A DNA stretch of 64,000 nt from Cenococcum geophilum (Eukaryota), in NCBI GenBank assembly GCA_050273025.1, contig CP158635.1:1922001-1986000 (forward strand), given 5' to 3'. Each line of letters begins with the position of its first letter. Within the stretch, counting starts at the first letter, position 1. This document shows positions 62,520 to 64,000 of the stretch, piece after piece. The translations under genes were made by a program, and so were the position numbers. Below the pieces are notes generated by a model that made no database searches, was not told the origin of the DNA, and worked only from the letters and a program-made list of their open reading frames with translations.

Positions 62520-63244
62520 GGCATTATAGAGTTTATAAAAAAGATATGGTAGAGTACGACAGAATGAAAGAAAAGACAGAGCTTATTCCTCTTCTAGTGG
62601 AGATATATTTTAAAACCGGCCGAATTATAGAGGCTAAAAAGTACTAGGTGCGGCTAGTAGAGACAATTAGGAAACTAAGAGGGCCGGAATATAGGGACAC
62701 TTTAAAAAGCAAAATCTACCTAGCTTATATCTATATTAAATAGGAACGGCTAACCAATGCTAAAGAGCTACTGCTATAGTTACTGGAGACTGGTAATAGG
62801 GTATTAGGCCAATACCATTTATAGATATTAAGTATAATAGCCGTCTTAGCAGAAGTCTATTGTTATTAAAAACGGCGAACGGAAGCCGATAAGCTGGAAA
62901 CTTAAGTAATAGAGATAAGAAAGAGAATTCTAGGCCTATAGCATCCTAATACTCTAAAAAGTATAGAAGAGCTAAGTTCTAAATACCGTATAAAGAACCA
63001 ACTTCTAAAAGCGGAGGAGCTATAGAAACAAGTAGTTAAGATAAAAAGAGAGATTTTTGGCAATGACTATCTAGACACTGTTAGCAGCATAAGTGGCTTA
63101 GCATTTATATTCTATAAGTAAGGACGAAAGGAGGAGGCTTAAAGGTTGAATATAGAGGTGGTAAAGACAAGAATTAACGCATAGGGCCTGGTGCATTTAG
63201 ATACGCTTATAAGTATGGCCAAACTTTTAGCCACCAGTTACTGA
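62520..63244 (+). pseudogene. TPR-repeat (kinesin-light-chain/TPR_10-12 type) protein region, NLR-sensor-like
   Basis: About five 42-aa repeats: GPEYRDTLKSKIYLA..AKELL, LGL*HPNTLKSIEELS..KAEEL, FGNDYLDTVSSISGLA..GRKEEA and GLVHLDTLISMAKL. The N-terminal part (~62000-62520) was not identified. Confidence 0.88.
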
Positions 63245-63466
63245 AATAGCCGATTTTAAGTCAAATAGCGAAGAAAGGAAAGTATATAAGTAGATATCTT
63301 AGGAGTATTCGCGGCAGAACCCCGCCGGAGGCATTAATAGTAGAATTAAGCATAGGTAATATAGTAAAAGTAGGTAATAATATATTTACTGTCCCTACTA
63401 TAGAGTAGATAAATAATGAAACTACTAAATAATATCAATGTCACTATCTAAACTATCGCAGTGCCC

Positions 63467-64000
63467 TTAATGTTTTGGCAAGCCGGCATACTCTCCCCCT
63501 ATAAACTTAAGGAACTTTTTTATATCCTCTTTAGATGGAATCTGGCAAAGTTCATCCCTATAGAGTTGTAGCTTCTTGCTATGATTAAGTGATTTATCAA
63601 CTGCGCCTAAGATTATCTTAGGCAGAAGATCGTATCCGGGGCCGTTTATTCGAATTTTATAACTAACCGGGGTATAATCTACAAAGTCCAGGTCTTTTAA
63701 CAGCAAGTCATCTACACCCTATTATTTCGATAGTTGACCTAGTTCGCCGCCGATTGGAACCGTAAATATCCTAAAAAGATCCTATTAAGTCCCATTAGTA
63801 TTATATAGTTTATTATACTCTTTAATGGGGCTAACTACACTCTTAGCCGCGAGTTTAATAATTAACATCGCTAATTATATAATGGCCTTAGGGACGAAGA
63901 TAATATGCTCTATTAGGACTGTAGCTGTTTCCGCGGCTGCCTAAAAGGATTGCGTAGCGCTAGCGAAAATAGACTTAAACCGAGCTAGGAGAACGAACGC
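63467..64000 (-). pseudogene. 3' end of a hypothetical gene entering from beyond the window
   Basis: ORF 63467-63706 extends upstream through RIP-type stops (FRIFTVPIGGELGQLSK**GVDDLLLKDL). Confidence 0.35.

Larger units (their letters stand above)
12700..64000 (+). mobile_element. Putative Starship giant transposon, RIP-inactivated; left boundary somewhere upstream of 12700 and right boundary not seen
   Basis: DUF3435 captain is the first gene and points into the region. Starship-associated auxiliary families (DUF3723, patatin-like phospholipase) and ankyrin/TPR cargo follow. No housekeeping gene recognised. Extent to 64000 is inferred, not demonstrated. Confidence 0.75.

Noticed and set aside
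62000..62520. NACHT/NB-ARC domain upstream of the TPRs (complete NLR)
   Set aside because: No P-loop motif was recognisable and the space is too short.
1..64000. Alternative genetic code (TAA/TAG read-through) explaining the stops
   Set aside because: Stops coincide with region-wide CpA/TpG depletion and transition-only missense changes, including lost ATGs and catalytic residues, and the young Copia ORF is intact in the standard code. RIP explains this better.
1..64000. rRNA or tRNA genes, including a 5S rDNA target site
   Set aside because: None recognised by eye. A degraded copy cannot be excluded without a covariance-model search.

Overview
Filamentous-ascomycete (Pezizomycotina-type) genomic DNA, almost entirely mutated by RIP (pervasive CpA>TpA / TpG>TpA changes, in-frame TAA/TAG where Gln/Trp is expected, spliceosomal introns with GTAAG..CTAAC..AG). 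Bases 1-~12000 are a transposon nest: a LINE ORF1 relic carrying a Ty3/Gypsy insertion (truncated by the window start) and a full-length, moderately mutated Ty1/Copia element (5145-10678). From ~12.7 kb to the window end the sequence reads as a dead giant Starship-type element that the ORF track largely misses. It has a DUF3435 tyrosine-recombinase captain (12700-~15185) followed by RIP-pseudogenised cargo: F-box/ankyrin, GT32 glycosyltransferase, small secreted proteins, nucleoside-deoxyribosyltransferase-like, patatin phospholipase, DUF3723, a nucleotidyltransferase-motif protein, a GPI/mucin-like protein, an SRF/MADS-like protein and a TPR protein. Nested in the cargo are a long-TIR MITE, a Gypsy solo LTR, a chromodomain-Gypsy fragment and a near-pristine Copia with an intact 1566-aa ORF and non-canonical TG..AA ends. 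A ~1 kb array of 17-bp units sits directly upstream of DUF3723. Family assignments come from manual translation and motif recognition, not database searches. Pseudogene ends are approximate.
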